A stretch of 64,000 nucleotides of DNA from Rhodobacterales bacterium 32-67-9 (GTDB lineage Bacteria > Pseudomonadota > Alphaproteobacteria > Rhodobacterales > Rhodobacteraceae): assembly GCA_002280515.1 (NCBI GenBank), contig NCEA01000012.1, forward strand, positions 20,392 to 84,391, read 5' to 3'. The notes under the pieces were generated by a model that ran no database searches, was not told the origin of the DNA, and worked only from the letters and a program-made list of their open reading frames with translations. How positions within the stretch are numbered: position 1 is the stretch's first letter; each line of letters opens with the position of its first letter. Shown piece after piece: positions 28,705 through 37,846 of this stretch. The position numbers were made by a program, and so were the translations under genes.

Positions 28705-29412
28705 TCAGTCTGGCGCGAGCATGTAGCCCGCCCCCCGCACCGTCTGCAAATAGCGCGGCTGCTTCGGGTCGGATTCGAACTTGCGGCGCAGGCGGGTGAT
28801 CTGCACGTCGACGGCGCGTTCCTGCGCCTCGCCGCGCCCCGATCCGCGACCGAGATCCTCGACCAGCTGGCCACGGCTGACCGGCTCGCCCGGCTTGGCC
28901 GCGAAGATCCGCATCAGCGCCGCCTCGGTCGCGGTCAGGCGCACGAGTTCGTTGCCGCGCCACATCTCGCCCCGGTCGGCATCGTAGCGTACCGGCCCCA
29001 TGTTCAGGACCTTCGGCAGTTTCTGTTCCACCGTTGCCGGTGTCCGGCGCAGGATGGCGTTGATGCGCAGCAGCAGTTCCTTCGGCTCGAACGGTTTTGC
29101 AAGGTAATCATCTGCCCCGGCCTCGAGCCCGGCAATACGGTCAGAAGTCTCTCCTTTCGCGGTCAGCAAGAGGATCGGCGTGGGCATTCTGGCGCGCAGG
29201 TCGCGGGTCAGGCTGATCCCGTCCTCGCCCGGCATCATCACATCCATCACGATCAGGTCGAACTCCAGCCCGTCGAGCAGGCGCCGCGCATGCGCCCCGT
29301 CACGGGCGGCACTGACCCAGAAGCCGTTCCGCACGAGAAACTTCTGCAGGAGCGTGCGGATGCGTTCGTCGTCGTCGACGATGAGCAGATGGATTTCCGG
29401 TTGTGACGTCAT
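28705..29412 (-). CDS. OmpR-family response regulator (PetR/CenR-like)
   Basis: The receiver domain reads LLIVDDDERIRTLL...DLIVMDVMMPGEDG...LLLTAKG, and the winged-helix domain ends YLQTVRGAGYMLAPD. It overlaps the upstream MarR gene by 4 nt. Confidence 0.9.
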   Translation of the reverse strand: MTSQPEIHLLIVDDDERIRTLLQKFLVRNGFWVSAARDGAHARRLLDGLEFDLIVMDVMMPGEDGISLTRDLRARMPTPILLLTAKGETSDRIAGLEAGADDYLAKPFEPKELLLRINAILRRTPATVEQKLPKVLNMGPVRYDADRGEMWRGNELVRLTATEAALMRIFAAKPGEPVSRGQLVEDLGRGSGRGEAQERAVDVQITRLRRKFESDPKQPRYLQTVRGAGYMLAPD

Positions 29413-29918
29413 GCTGCTCCGTCCTTGATCGACTGGTAGTGGCGGCGAATTTCCGGGTCCATCATTGCTTCCAGCACCTGGCGGAATCCCGCGACCGCCG
29501 CCGGGCCCGCCGCGCGATAGGCGGCGCGCATCCGGGCGCGCTGGGCGTCGGACAACTCGCGCTCCAGCGCCGCGCCGCTGTCGGTGAGGAAGAGGTTGCG
29601 CTCGCGCTTGTCGGTGCGGCCGACCCGCGCCTCGACCAGCCCGTCCTCGACCAGGGTGCGTAGCACCCGGTTCAGCGACTGCTTGGTGACGCCGAGCATG
29701 ATCAGGAGCGTGTTCACCGTCAGCCCGGGCTGGCGGTTGATGAAGTGGATGGCACGGTGGTGGGCGCGGCCATACTCGTAATTCTCCAGAATCCGGTCGG
29801 GATCGGCGGTGAACGCACGATAGGCGAAAAACATCGCCTCGATCCCCTTTCGCAACTGTTCATCCGTCAGGAACAGCAGGCTTTCGCCGCCTTGCGTTCC
29901 CGGGCTGCCTGCGGCCAT
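29409..29918 (-). CDS. MarR-family transcriptional regulator (PetP-like)
   Basis: LTVNTLLIMLGVTKQSLNRVLRTLVEDGLVEARVGRTDKRERNLFLTDSG is a MarR winged helix. 169 aa. Confidence 0.85.
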   Translation of the reverse strand: MAAGSPGTQGGESLLFLTDEQLRKGIEAMFFAYRAFTADPDRILENYEYGRAHHRAIHFINRQPGLTVNTLLIMLGVTKQSLNRVLRTLVEDGLVEARVGRTDKRERNLFLTDSGAALERELSDAQRARMRAAYRAAGPAAVAGFRQVLEAMMDPEIRRHYQSIKDGAA

Positions 29919-30081
29919 GCCTCCGGTCCCTCTTTACGCTTCCGCTTCCCGCTGATTTTATGTCAGCCATGTTGACTTTCCAAGACTCAACTGTTAGCGA
30001 TTCCCCGATTTCGCGCAACTTTATGTCCGAAGCGGACCTAAAATGCGCAACATTTGCAAATCGGGTGCGCCCGGGGAGGAT

Positions 30082-30954
30082 ATGATGGCCGGTGCCTATG
30101 ACGATCGTGACGGCAAGATCTGGATGGATGGCAAGTTGGTGGACTGGCGCGACGCCAAGGTTCACATCCTCACCCACGCACTCCACTACGCCTCTTCGGT
30201 CTTCGAGGGCGAGCGGTGTTACAACGGCAAGATCTTCAAGGGGCACGAGCATTCGAAGCGCCTCTTGCGCTCGGGCGAGCTTCTCGACATGCCGATCCCC
30301 TACACCGCCGAGGAAATCGACGCCGCCAAGGACGCGATGCTGAAGGCGAACGGCTGGACCAACGCCTATGTCCGCGCGGTGGCCTGGCGTGGTGCGGGCG
30401 AGGACATGGGAGTCTCGGCCAAGCGCAATCCGATCCGGCTGGCGGTCGCCGGTTGGGAATGGGGCAACTACTACGGCGACGCAAAGATGAAGGGCGCCAA
30501 GCTCGACATCTCAAAATGGAAGCGGCCGTCGCCCGAGACGATCCCGTCCGAGGCCAAGGCCGCCGGGCTTTACATGATCTGCACCATGTCGAAACACGCG
30601 GCCGAGGCGAAGGGCTGTTCGGACGCAATGATGTTCGACTATCGCGGCTATGTCGCCGAGGCGACCGGCGCCAACATCTTCTTCGTGAAGAACGGCGAAG
30701 TGCATACGCCGCTCGCCGACTGCTTCCTGAACGGCCTGACCCGGCAGACGGTGATCGGGATGCTGAAGGACATGCAGATCAAGGTGCATGAACGCCACAT
30801 CCTGCCGGAAGAGCTGGAGAGCTTCGAACAGTGCTGGCTGACCGGCACAGCGGCCGAGGTCACGCCGGTCGGGCAGATCGGCAACTACATGTTCGAGGTC
30901 GGCGACCTCGCGAAGCGGGTCGTGGCGGAATACGAGAAGCTCGTGCGCGCCTGA
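30082..30954 (+). CDS. ilvE: Branched-chain amino acid aminotransferase
   Basis: GGGGAGGA lies before ATG 30082. ILTHALHYASSVFEGERCY and ANIFFVKNGEVHTP are class IV aminotransferase patterns. Confidence 0.9.
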   Translation: MMAGAYDDRDGKIWMDGKLVDWRDAKVHILTHALHYASSVFEGERCYNGKIFKGHEHSKRLLRSGELLDMPIPYTAEEIDAAKDAMLKANGWTNAYVRAVAWRGAGEDMGVSAKRNPIRLAVAGWEWGNYYGDAKMKGAKLDISKWKRPSPETIPSEAKAAGLYMICTMSKHAAEAKGCSDAMMFDYRGYVAEATGANIFFVKNGEVHTPLADCFLNGLTRQTVIGMLKDMQIKVHERHILPEELESFEQCWLTGTAAEVTPVGQIGNYMFEVGDLAKRVVAEYEKLVRA

Positions 30955-30973
30955 CAGTCAGGCAGATGACGGA

Positions 30974-31831
30974 TCAACCGGCCTCCCGCAGCAATGCGGC
31001 GAGGCCGGTCCTGTAATCCGGATAGATCAGCCGCACCCCGAGATCGCGCTTGATCCTGTCGTTCCGGACCCGTTTCGATTCCGCGTAGAAGCTGCGGGCG
31101 AGGGGGGTCATCTCGGCCTCGTCGAAAGGAACCTCGGGCGGCAGCGGCAGGCCGAGGAGGCGCGCGGCCTCGGCCAGAACGTCCTCGGGCGGCGAGGGAT
31201 CGTCGTCGGCGACGTTGTAGACCGCGCCGGGATCGGGACGGGCGATGGACGCGGCGAGGACATTCGCGATGTCTGCGACATGGATGCGGCTGAAATACTG
31301 GTTCTCGCGGATGATCCGGCGGGCGGTGCCGGCGCGGACCTTTTCGAACGGGCCGCGGCCGGGGCCGTAGATGCCGGCAAGGCGGAAGATGTGGAGCGGC
31401 AGGCCGGAGGTCGCGGCGAGCGCCTGCCATTGTTCCTCGGCCAGGACCCGCTGGCGACCGCGCCGGGTGGTGGGCGCGAGCGGTGTCGCCTCGTCCACCC
31501 AGCCGCCCTGATGGTCGCCGTAGACTCCGGTGGTGGAGAGATAGCCGACCCACTTCAGATGCGGTGCGGCGGCGATGGCATCGGCGTGGGCGGCAAGCAG
31601 CGGGTCGCCGGCCTCGTCCGGCGCGATCGAGGCAAGGACATGCGTAGCCTTGGAAAGGGCGGGGACAAGGTCCTCTCCGGGCCAGATCAGCGCCTCCAGC
31701 CCTTCCCGGCAGAGGCGCTCGGCCTTTTCCGCGCGCCGCGTGGTGCCGATGACGCGCCAGTCCGGGCCGAGGCGGCGGGCGAGGGCGGCGGCGGAATAGC
31801 CGTGGCCGAGGGAGAGGAGCGTTCCGGTCAT
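30974..31831 (-). CDS. NAD(P)-binding SDR/epimerase-like family protein
   Basis: MTGTLLSLGHGYSAAALARRL... is a degenerate Rossmann N-terminus. YLSTTGVYGD is an epimerase-like motif. I place the start at ATG 31831. Confidence 0.7.
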   Translation of the reverse strand: MTGTLLSLGHGYSAAALARRLGPDWRVIGTTRRAEKAERLCREGLEALIWPGEDLVPALSKATHVLASIAPDEAGDPLLAAHADAIAAAPHLKWVGYLSTTGVYGDHQGGWVDEATPLAPTTRRGRQRVLAEEQWQALAATSGLPLHIFRLAGIYGPGRGPFEKVRAGTARRIIRENQYFSRIHVADIANVLAASIARPDPGAVYNVADDDPSPPEDVLAEAARLLGLPLPPEVPFDEAEMTPLARSFYAESKRVRNDRIKRDLGVRLIYPDYRTGLAALLREAG

Positions 31832-31923
31832 GGTGCGACTATTCCGGCTTGCTCCGCCGGGCGCAAGGGCCGGCGCGTATCGCGGACCTTGACGGCGCGC
31901 GCCCGGCATGGCGGGATACCCGG

Positions 31924-32553
31924 ATGAGCGGAAAGAGCCACGATGTGGAAGGCGCCTATGCGCTGCGGACCCCGGAAGATTCGGTCCGCTACTACGGCGA
32001 CTGGGCGAAAAGCTACGACAGCGATTTCGCGGCAGACATGGACTACCGCAGCCCGGACAAGGTTGCCGAAGCCTTCGCGGCGCTGGGCGGCACGGGGCCG
32101 GTGCTGGATGTCGGCGCGGGGACCGGACTTGTCGCCGAGGCGCTGGCGCGGCGCGGCGTCACGCCGGTCGACGGCATCGACATCTCGGCAGAGATGCTGG
32201 CGGTGGCGGCGGCGAAAGGGGTTTACCGGGCGACGATCCTGGCCGATCTGACCGGGGTGCTGCCCATCGAAAACAGTGTCTATTCCGGCGTGATCAGCGC
32301 CGGCACCTTCACGCACGGTCATGTCGGACCAGCGGCGTTCCACGAACTGCTGCGGGTGGCAACCGCTGGTGCTGTCTTCGCGGCGACGGTGCACAGCGCC
32401 GTCTATGAGGCTGGCGGCTTCGCGGCGGAGTTCGCCGGTCTTGGCGACAGGATCGAGGGGTTCCGCACCGATCCTTTCCGCATCTACGGCCGCGCGGCGG
32501 GCGCCGACCACGCCGACGATACCGGCTGGATCGTCAGTTTCCGGAAGCGCTGA
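31924..32553 (+). CDS. Class I SAM-dependent methyltransferase
   Basis: VLDVGAGTGLVAEALARRG...VDGIDISAEML covers SAM-binding motif I and post-I. I place the start at ATG 31924. Confidence 0.8.
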   Translation: MSGKSHDVEGAYALRTPEDSVRYYGDWAKSYDSDFAADMDYRSPDKVAEAFAALGGTGPVLDVGAGTGLVAEALARRGVTPVDGIDISAEMLAVAAAKGVYRATILADLTGVLPIENSVYSGVISAGTFTHGHVGPAAFHELLRVATAGAVFAATVHSAVYEAGGFAAEFAGLGDRIEGFRTDPFRIYGRAAGADHADDTGWIVSFRKR

Positions 32554-32565
32554 GGCCGGCGTCGG

Positions 32566-33405
32566 TCAGGTCTTGCGGGATTTTCCGGGGCGTTCGCGCG
32601 GAATCGGAAGAAACTCGACGCCACCCGACTGCCGCACCGGCTGGGGATAGAGCGTCATCAGCGTCATCACCTCATCCGGCATGTCGGTGGAGATCGGCAG
32701 GCCCAGCGCCTTCGCCTCGGCCGCCGGGATCGGATAGTCGTGCGTCCAGGTGCCGGAGGCGAGTTTCTCCGCCAGCGCCTTCGCCGCGTCGCGCGGCATC
32801 CGGACCGAGAGCAATTCCGTTGCGGCCGCGATCACCTGGGCCAGCGCCTTGCGCCCGACATCGGCAAGGATCAGCGTCTCGTCGTCGAGATCGGCGACCG
32901 GCTTCGCCTCAACCGCCTTGACGATCGAGGCGGCAGGGAACTGGCCGATTTGCGGGTCGATCGGGCCGAGGACGGAATGATCGCACATCACGATCTCGTC
33001 GGCGGCAAGCGCCACGAGGGTTCCGCCGGACATGGCGTGATGCGGGACAAAGACCGTCACCTTGCCCTTGTGCGCCTCGACCGCGCGGGCGATCTGCAAG
33101 GCCGCGAGCACCAGCCCGCCCGGCGTATGCAGGACGATGTCGAGCGGCATGTCGGCATCGGTCATGCGGATCGCCCTGAGTACGTCCTCGCTGTCCTGGA
33201 TGTCGATGTAGCGCATCAAGGGAAAGCCGAGGAGCTTCATCGTTTCCTGCCGGTGCACCATCAGGATCACCCGGCTGCCGCGCTGCCGTTCCAGATGCGA
33301 GATCATCGAGAGCCGCCGCATGTCGGTCAGCTTGCGCGCCAGAACCGGTTGCAGCACCGACAGGATGAGGAAGAGCCAGAGTGCGTCGGAGATCGAGAAG
33401 GTCAT
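32566..33405 (-). CDS. Clp-fold serine protease of the SDH (serine dehydrogenase proteinase)/SppA-like family, membrane anchored
   Basis: An N-terminal TM segment (LWLFLILSVLQPVL) is followed by LHTPGGLVLAALQIA and HHAMSGGTLVALAADEIVM, the ClpP/SppA-type nucleophile region. Confidence 0.65.
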   Translation of the reverse strand: MTFSISDALWLFLILSVLQPVLARKLTDMRRLSMISHLERQRGSRVILMVHRQETMKLLGFPLMRYIDIQDSEDVLRAIRMTDADMPLDIVLHTPGGLVLAALQIARAVEAHKGKVTVFVPHHAMSGGTLVALAADEIVMCDHSVLGPIDPQIGQFPAASIVKAVEAKPVADLDDETLILADVGRKALAQVIAAATELLSVRMPRDAAKALAEKLASGTWTHDYPIPAAEAKALGLPISTDMPDEVMTLMTLYPQPVRQSGGVEFLPIPRERPGKSRKT

Positions 33406-33409
33406 GCGC

Positions 33410-33703
33410 TCAGCCCTTCCCTGCGGTGCCGCGATCCGTATGGCCAAGATCGCGGTCCGGCGCGATGCGGTCGCGGACGAGCTGCTTGAGGTGCCGGATA
33501 TCGGGAAAGCCGCCGTCGCGCTTGCGTTCCCAGATCAGTTCGCCATCGAGGCGGATTTCGAAGATGCCGCCGGTGCCCGGCCTGAGTGTCACCGCGCCGA
33601 GATCGGTCGCGAAGGTCGAAAGCAGTTCCTGCGCCATCCAGGCCGATCGCAGGAGCCAATTGCACTGGGTGCAGTAGGCGATGGAGATGGTCGGGTCTGG
33701 CAT
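33410..33703 (-). CDS. SelT/SelW/SelH (Rdx) family redox protein, Cys-containing form
   Basis: MPDPTISIAYCTQCNWLLRSAWMAQELL... carries a CxxC motif at the Rdx position, and FEIRLDGELIWERKRDGGFPD matches the family. 97 aa. Confidence 0.8.
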   Translation of the reverse strand: MPDPTISIAYCTQCNWLLRSAWMAQELLSTFATDLGAVTLRPGTGGIFEIRLDGELIWERKRDGGFPDIRHLKQLVRDRIAPDRDLGHTDRGTAGKG

Positions 33704-33968
33704 GACGGTAGGCTCCCCCGAGGTAGCGGACGCACTAGATCACGGCACGCAACGGCTGCCAAGTTTCGCAGGGGGTGCCAAAGACGCAACAATCGCACCA
33801 TCCCGGTTCATTTGATCAGCGTTTCGCCGCCGGATTGGGTGAAAACCCGCTGGGACGAGGCGCAAATCCTTGGCGCGAAGAGTTAAAATCTGGCATTGTG
33901 CGCTGGACTGGGGCCGGTCGGCCCGAGCGATTCACACTTGACCCGCGCGATCAGGAAAGCAGATTTCA

Positions 33969-34208
33969 ATGCATAAGACCCTTTTCCCCGCCGTTGTCCT
34001 GACCTTGGCTCTGGCGTTGCAGCCTGTGGCGGCGCTCGCCTATATCGGTCCGGGGGTCGGCGCCGGTGCCATCGCCGCCGTTCTCGGCGTGCTCGGTTCC
34101 ATCTTCCTCGCCATCGTGGCGGTGCTCTACTATCCGATCAAGCGGCTGATGAAGGGCAAGAAGTCGAAATCGGCGAAGACGTCCGGCGGCAGCAAGCCGG
34201 CGGAATAG
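33969..34208 (+). CDS. Small membrane protein (signal/TM plus TM, Lys-rich tail)
   Basis: MHKTLFPAVVLTLALALQPVAALAYIGPGVGAGAIAAVLGVLGSIFLAIVAVLYYPIKRLMKGKKSKS...; 79 aa, no recognised family. Confidence 0.55.
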   Translation: MHKTLFPAVVLTLALALQPVAALAYIGPGVGAGAIAAVLGVLGSIFLAIVAVLYYPIKRLMKGKKSKSAKTSGGSKPAE

Positions 34209-34215
34209 GAGCGGG

Positions 34216-34587
34216 ATGATCTGGATCTTCGTTCTCGTCGCGGCCGCGCTGGCCAGCGAGGCTTTCCTGCGCCTGCCGCTGTTGCCGGTAATCCGCAGGG
34301 TTACGAAAACCGCGCAGAAATCGCAACGGGTGCTGAGAAGCAAGCGGATTTCCGATCACTGGAAGGAAAAGATCCTGCCGTCCTATTCCTGGGCGATCGG
34401 CAAGGGATCGGTGCAGTTCTTCGTCATGCTGATGCTGGCGCTGGCGCCGGTTGCGGCTTTGGGCTTCGTCTTTCCTGGCGGTATGGCCGCCTGGGCGGCG
34501 GCGCTGATGCGGCCAGTGGTGATACTTGTTCTCTGCCTCGCTTCCATTGTCTATATCTGGCTGAGGCTGAAGGTGGCGCGTGTCTGA
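34216..34587 (+). CDS. Hypothetical membrane protein (3-4 TM)
   Basis: 123 aa and hydrophobic. It starts 7 nt after the previous ORF and overlaps the next by 8 nt, so the arrangement is operon-like. Confidence 0.55.
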   Translation: MIWIFVLVAAALASEAFLRLPLLPVIRRVTKTAQKSQRVLRSKRISDHWKEKILPSYSWAIGKGSVQFFVMLMLALAPVAALGFVFPGGMAAWAAALMRPVVILVLCLASIVYIWLRLKVARV

Positions 34588-35570
34588 TTATTCCGCGCTT
34601 GACCGGCTCTTGCACCGGCTGGCGCTGGCCTCTCCGGCGCGTGCCGAGATGATGCATGACATCGAGCGCGGGGCATTCCTTAAATCCGCCCCCGAGGATA
34701 CCGGCCGGCATGTCTTCGTCACCGGCCTTGCACGAGCGGGCACAACGATCCTGATGCGAGAGATCCATCGCACCGGGGCGTTCGGGTCTCTGACATATGC
34801 CGACATGCCCTTCGTCCTCGCGCCGAACCTCTGGGCGAAGCTCAGCCGCAAGGGTCATCAGCCGGGGGTGAAGGCCGAGCGTGCGCATGGCGACGGGATC
34901 GAGGTCGACACCCATAGTCCCGAGGCGCTGGACGAGGTCTATTGGCGGGTCTTCGACGGCAAGGCCTATATCGGCGCGGAGGGACTTCGCCCTCATGAGC
35001 CGGACGAGGACCTGATCGACGGCTACCGCGACCTGATCCGGCTGGTGCTGCGTAAGACCGGCAAGACGCGCTACGTCTCGAAGAACAACAACACCATCCT
35101 GCGGCTTGGCACGCTGGCGCGGGCAATGCCGGAGGCGGAATTCCTCGCACCGCCGTTTTCTCGAAGCCGACGCCTTCACGCAGGACTACATGACCTGGCT
35201 TGGCCACCACGAATTCGGCGCCACGCACCGGCCGTTCCTGTTCGGCGCGCGGCCGGCGGGCGACCCGATGGCGATGGATTACTGGCTGCGGCTCTGGCTG
35301 TCGGTCTACGGCGCCCTCGAAGCGGTCGAGGAAGCCTGCCCGAACGTGTCCTTCGTCCCCTATGAGGCGCTGAGCGCCGATCCGACGGTCTGGACTGCGG
35401 TGGCGGCGCGGATCGGCGTGCCTGTGGCGGCGGCGGGGGAGTTGCGTCCTGCGCCTGACAAGACGCCGGGCGCACATGACGATGAGTTGGGGCAGGCGGC
35501 GGCGGCGCTTCACGCGCGGCTGTCGACCAAGGGTTTCGCGGCGCTGGGGTTGGTCAAGGGAAAATCCTGA
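34580..35570 (+). pseudogene. Sulfotransferase-family gene split over two frames (frameshift with probable small deletion)
   Basis: Frame A (34580..) has the PAPS 5'-phosphosulfate loop VFVTGLARAGTTILMREI and ...VSKNNNTILRLGTLARAMPEAEFL, then turns to Arg/Pro junk. Frame B (track ORF 35106..35570) resumes HRRFLEADAFTQDYMTWLGHHEFGATHRPF... to the stop at 35570. The junction is around 35145-35160. The expected strand-RDP-x-S 3'-phosphate-binding segment is in neither frame. Confidence 0.65.
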
Positions 35571-35754
35571 CAGGCCGGGCGGTTTTCGCGTGGATCGCCC
35601 CCGTTCCGGCCTCTTGCGGGGGGCTGGCCGATCTGTCAGGTTTTGGCATGAACACGCGAACCCGATCCTTCCGTTCCCTTCACCCCGTCGCGACCCCCGT
35701 CCGGGAACCCGGACGGTTCGCCCGCCGTCCGGTCTCCGGCGAGGAGCGGGCCCG

Positions 35755-37236
35755 ATGAACGCCCAGGACCAGATGCCGTTTCTGATGCCGAATGCCGCTG
35801 CGCCCGAAGCCTTCACCGACGCCGAAGCAGCGGTGTCGCGGCTTGAGGCGCTGTACTCGCAGGCCACCCGGTTCCTTTTCGACAGGTTCATCGAGACGAT
35901 TTCCGGCAACCGCCCTGCGGCGCGCATCCGCGCCTTCTATCCAGAGGTGCGGATCACCACGACAAGCCATGCCAAAGCCGACAGCCGGCTGAGCTATGGC
36001 CATGTCGCCATCCCCGGCACCTATGCCGCGACGATCACGCGGCCGGACCTTTTCCGCAACTACCTCGTCCAGCAGATCGACCTTTTGATCCGCAACCACG
36101 GCGTACCCGTCATCGTCGGGCCGAGTGCCACGCCGATCCCGGTGCATTTCGCGGTGGCCTCCAACCCTTCGGTGTCGGTCCCGCAGGAAGGCGTGCTCGA
36201 CTTTTCGCTGCGCGACATCTTCGACGTGCCCGACCTTGCCACCACCAACGACGACATCGTCAACGGCACCGCAAAGCCCAACCCAGACGGGTCGGGCCAC
36301 CTTGCCCCGTTCACCGCGCAGCGGGTGGACTATTCGCTCGCCCGGCTCGCACACTACACCGCGACCGATCCGGCACATTTCCAGAACCACGTGCTCTTCA
36401 CCAACTACCAGTTCTACGTCGACGAGTTCGAGACCTTCGCGCGGCAGGCGCTTGCGGACCCGTCGTCGGGCTACACCTCTTTCGTCGCGCCCGGAAACCA
36501 CGAGATCCGCAGCGCCGACGGCGAGATTCCGCATCCCGCCAAGCTGCCGCAGATGCCGTCCTACCACCTGAAGCGCCGGGGCGGGCAGGGCATATCGCTT
36601 GTCAACATCGGCGTCGGCCCGTCGAACGCCAAGACCGCGACCGACCATATCGCGGTGCTTCGTCCCCATGCCTGGCTGATGGTCGGGCATTGCGCCGGCC
36701 TCAGGAACAGCCAGTCGCTGGGCGATTTCGTCCTCGCCCATGCCTATCTGCGCGAGGACAAGGTGCTCGACGATGATCTGCCGGTCTGGGTGCCGATCCC
36801 GGCGCTGGCGGAAATCCAGATCGCGCTTCAGGAGGCGGTGGCCGAGGTCACGCGGCTCGAGGGTTTCGACCTGAAGCGGATCATGCGGACGGGGACCGTG
36901 GCGACGGTGGACAACCGCAACTGGGAGCTCAGGGACCAGACCGGCCCGGTGCAGCGGCTGAGCCAGAGCCGGGCCATCGCGCTCGACATGGAAAGCGCCA
37001 CGATCGCGGCGAACGGATTCCGCTTCCGGGTGCCCTACGGCACGCTTCTGTGCGTCTCCGACAAGCCTTTGCACGGCGAGTTGAAACTGCCCGGAATGGC
37101 GACGGACTTCTACAGGACGCAGGTCAGCCGCCACCTTCTGATCGGCGTGAAGGCGATGGAGCGGTTGCGCGAGATGCCGCTGGAACGCATCCACAGCCGC
37201 AAGTTGCGCAGCTTCGAAGAGACGGCCTTCCTCTGA
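35755..37236 (+). CDS. amn: AMP nucleosidase
   Basis: GAGGAG lies before ATG 35755. The N-terminal regulatory domain (RLEALYSQATRFLFDRF) and a C-terminal PNP/UDP phosphorylase-like domain (MESATIAANGFRFRVPYGTLLCVSDKP) are present. 493 aa. Confidence 0.9.
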   Translation: MNAQDQMPFLMPNAAAPEAFTDAEAAVSRLEALYSQATRFLFDRFIETISGNRPAARIRAFYPEVRITTTSHAKADSRLSYGHVAIPGTYAATITRPDLFRNYLVQQIDLLIRNHGVPVIVGPSATPIPVHFAVASNPSVSVPQEGVLDFSLRDIFDVPDLATTNDDIVNGTAKPNPDGSGHLAPFTAQRVDYSLARLAHYTATDPAHFQNHVLFTNYQFYVDEFETFARQALADPSSGYTSFVAPGNHEIRSADGEIPHPAKLPQMPSYHLKRRGGQGISLVNIGVGPSNAKTATDHIAVLRPHAWLMVGHCAGLRNSQSLGDFVLAHAYLREDKVLDDDLPVWVPIPALAEIQIALQEAVAEVTRLEGFDLKRIMRTGTVATVDNRNWELRDQTGPVQRLSQSRAIALDMESATIAANGFRFRVPYGTLLCVSDKPLHGELKLPGMATDFYRTQVSRHLLIGVKAMERLREMPLERIHSRKLRSFEETAFL

Positions 37237-37378
37237 AACGCGGCGGAACGTGCGAAAAAACGCCACAAATGGGCGGAAATTGCTTGCTTTGGGCCACAAA
37301 AGATTGTGTAGCAACACCAGATGACGCTAAATGGCGCAGATAACCCCCTAGCAAACGGGGACCAGTGAGGAGACAGAC

Positions 37379-37666
37379 ATGTCCAAACCGATGACCAAAA
37401 CCCAGCTCGTCGCCACCCTGGCCGAAGAGATGGGGTCCGACAAGAAGACTGCCTCTTCGGCTCTCGATGCGATTGCCGCTGTGGTGACCCGTGAAGTGGC
37501 CAACGGCGGTGCCGTCACACTGCCGGGCATCGGCAAGGTCCAGTGCCGCGCCCGTCCCGAGCGTCAGGTGCGCAACCCCGCCACCGGCGAGACGATGACG
37601 AAAGCGGCAGACAAGGTCGTCAAGGTCGCGATCGCGAAGGCGCTGAAGGACAGCGTCAACGGCTGA
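37379..37666 (+). CDS. hup: HU-family DNA-binding protein
   Basis: MTKTQLVATLAEEMGSDKKTASSALDAI...LPGIGKVQCRARPERQVRNPATGETM is a HU/IHF fold with the beta-arm RNPxTG. GAGGAG SD. Confidence 0.9.
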   Translation: MSKPMTKTQLVATLAEEMGSDKKTASSALDAIAAVVTREVANGGAVTLPGIGKVQCRARPERQVRNPATGETMTKAADKVVKVAIAKALKDSVNG

Positions 37667-37710
37667 TCGCCGCGCAGCTTGCCACGCCGTGGACAAAGCT
37701 GTGTCTGACA

Positions 37711-37740
37711 GGGTCGCCGAGAGGCGGCCCTTCTTCGTTT
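37711..37740 (+). terminator. Rho-independent terminator after hup
   Basis: GGGTCGCC-GAGA-GGCGGCCC forms an 8-bp stem with one G-U pair, followed by TTCTTCGTTT. Confidence 0.55.
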
Positions 37741-37846
37741 CCGCGGCGCCGGCCCCGGTCAAGGGCCGGGGGATCGACCGCGCCCCCTTGTGTCCCGCCC
37801 GGTCACCCTGCAAAAGGGCCGCGTGCCGCCGGGACGGAGAAGACGA

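Noticed and set aside
33410-33703. Selenocysteine recoding in the SelW/Rdx-family gene.
   Set aside because: The redox motif is encoded as CTQC with ordinary Cys codons. There is no in-frame TGA and no SECIS-like need.
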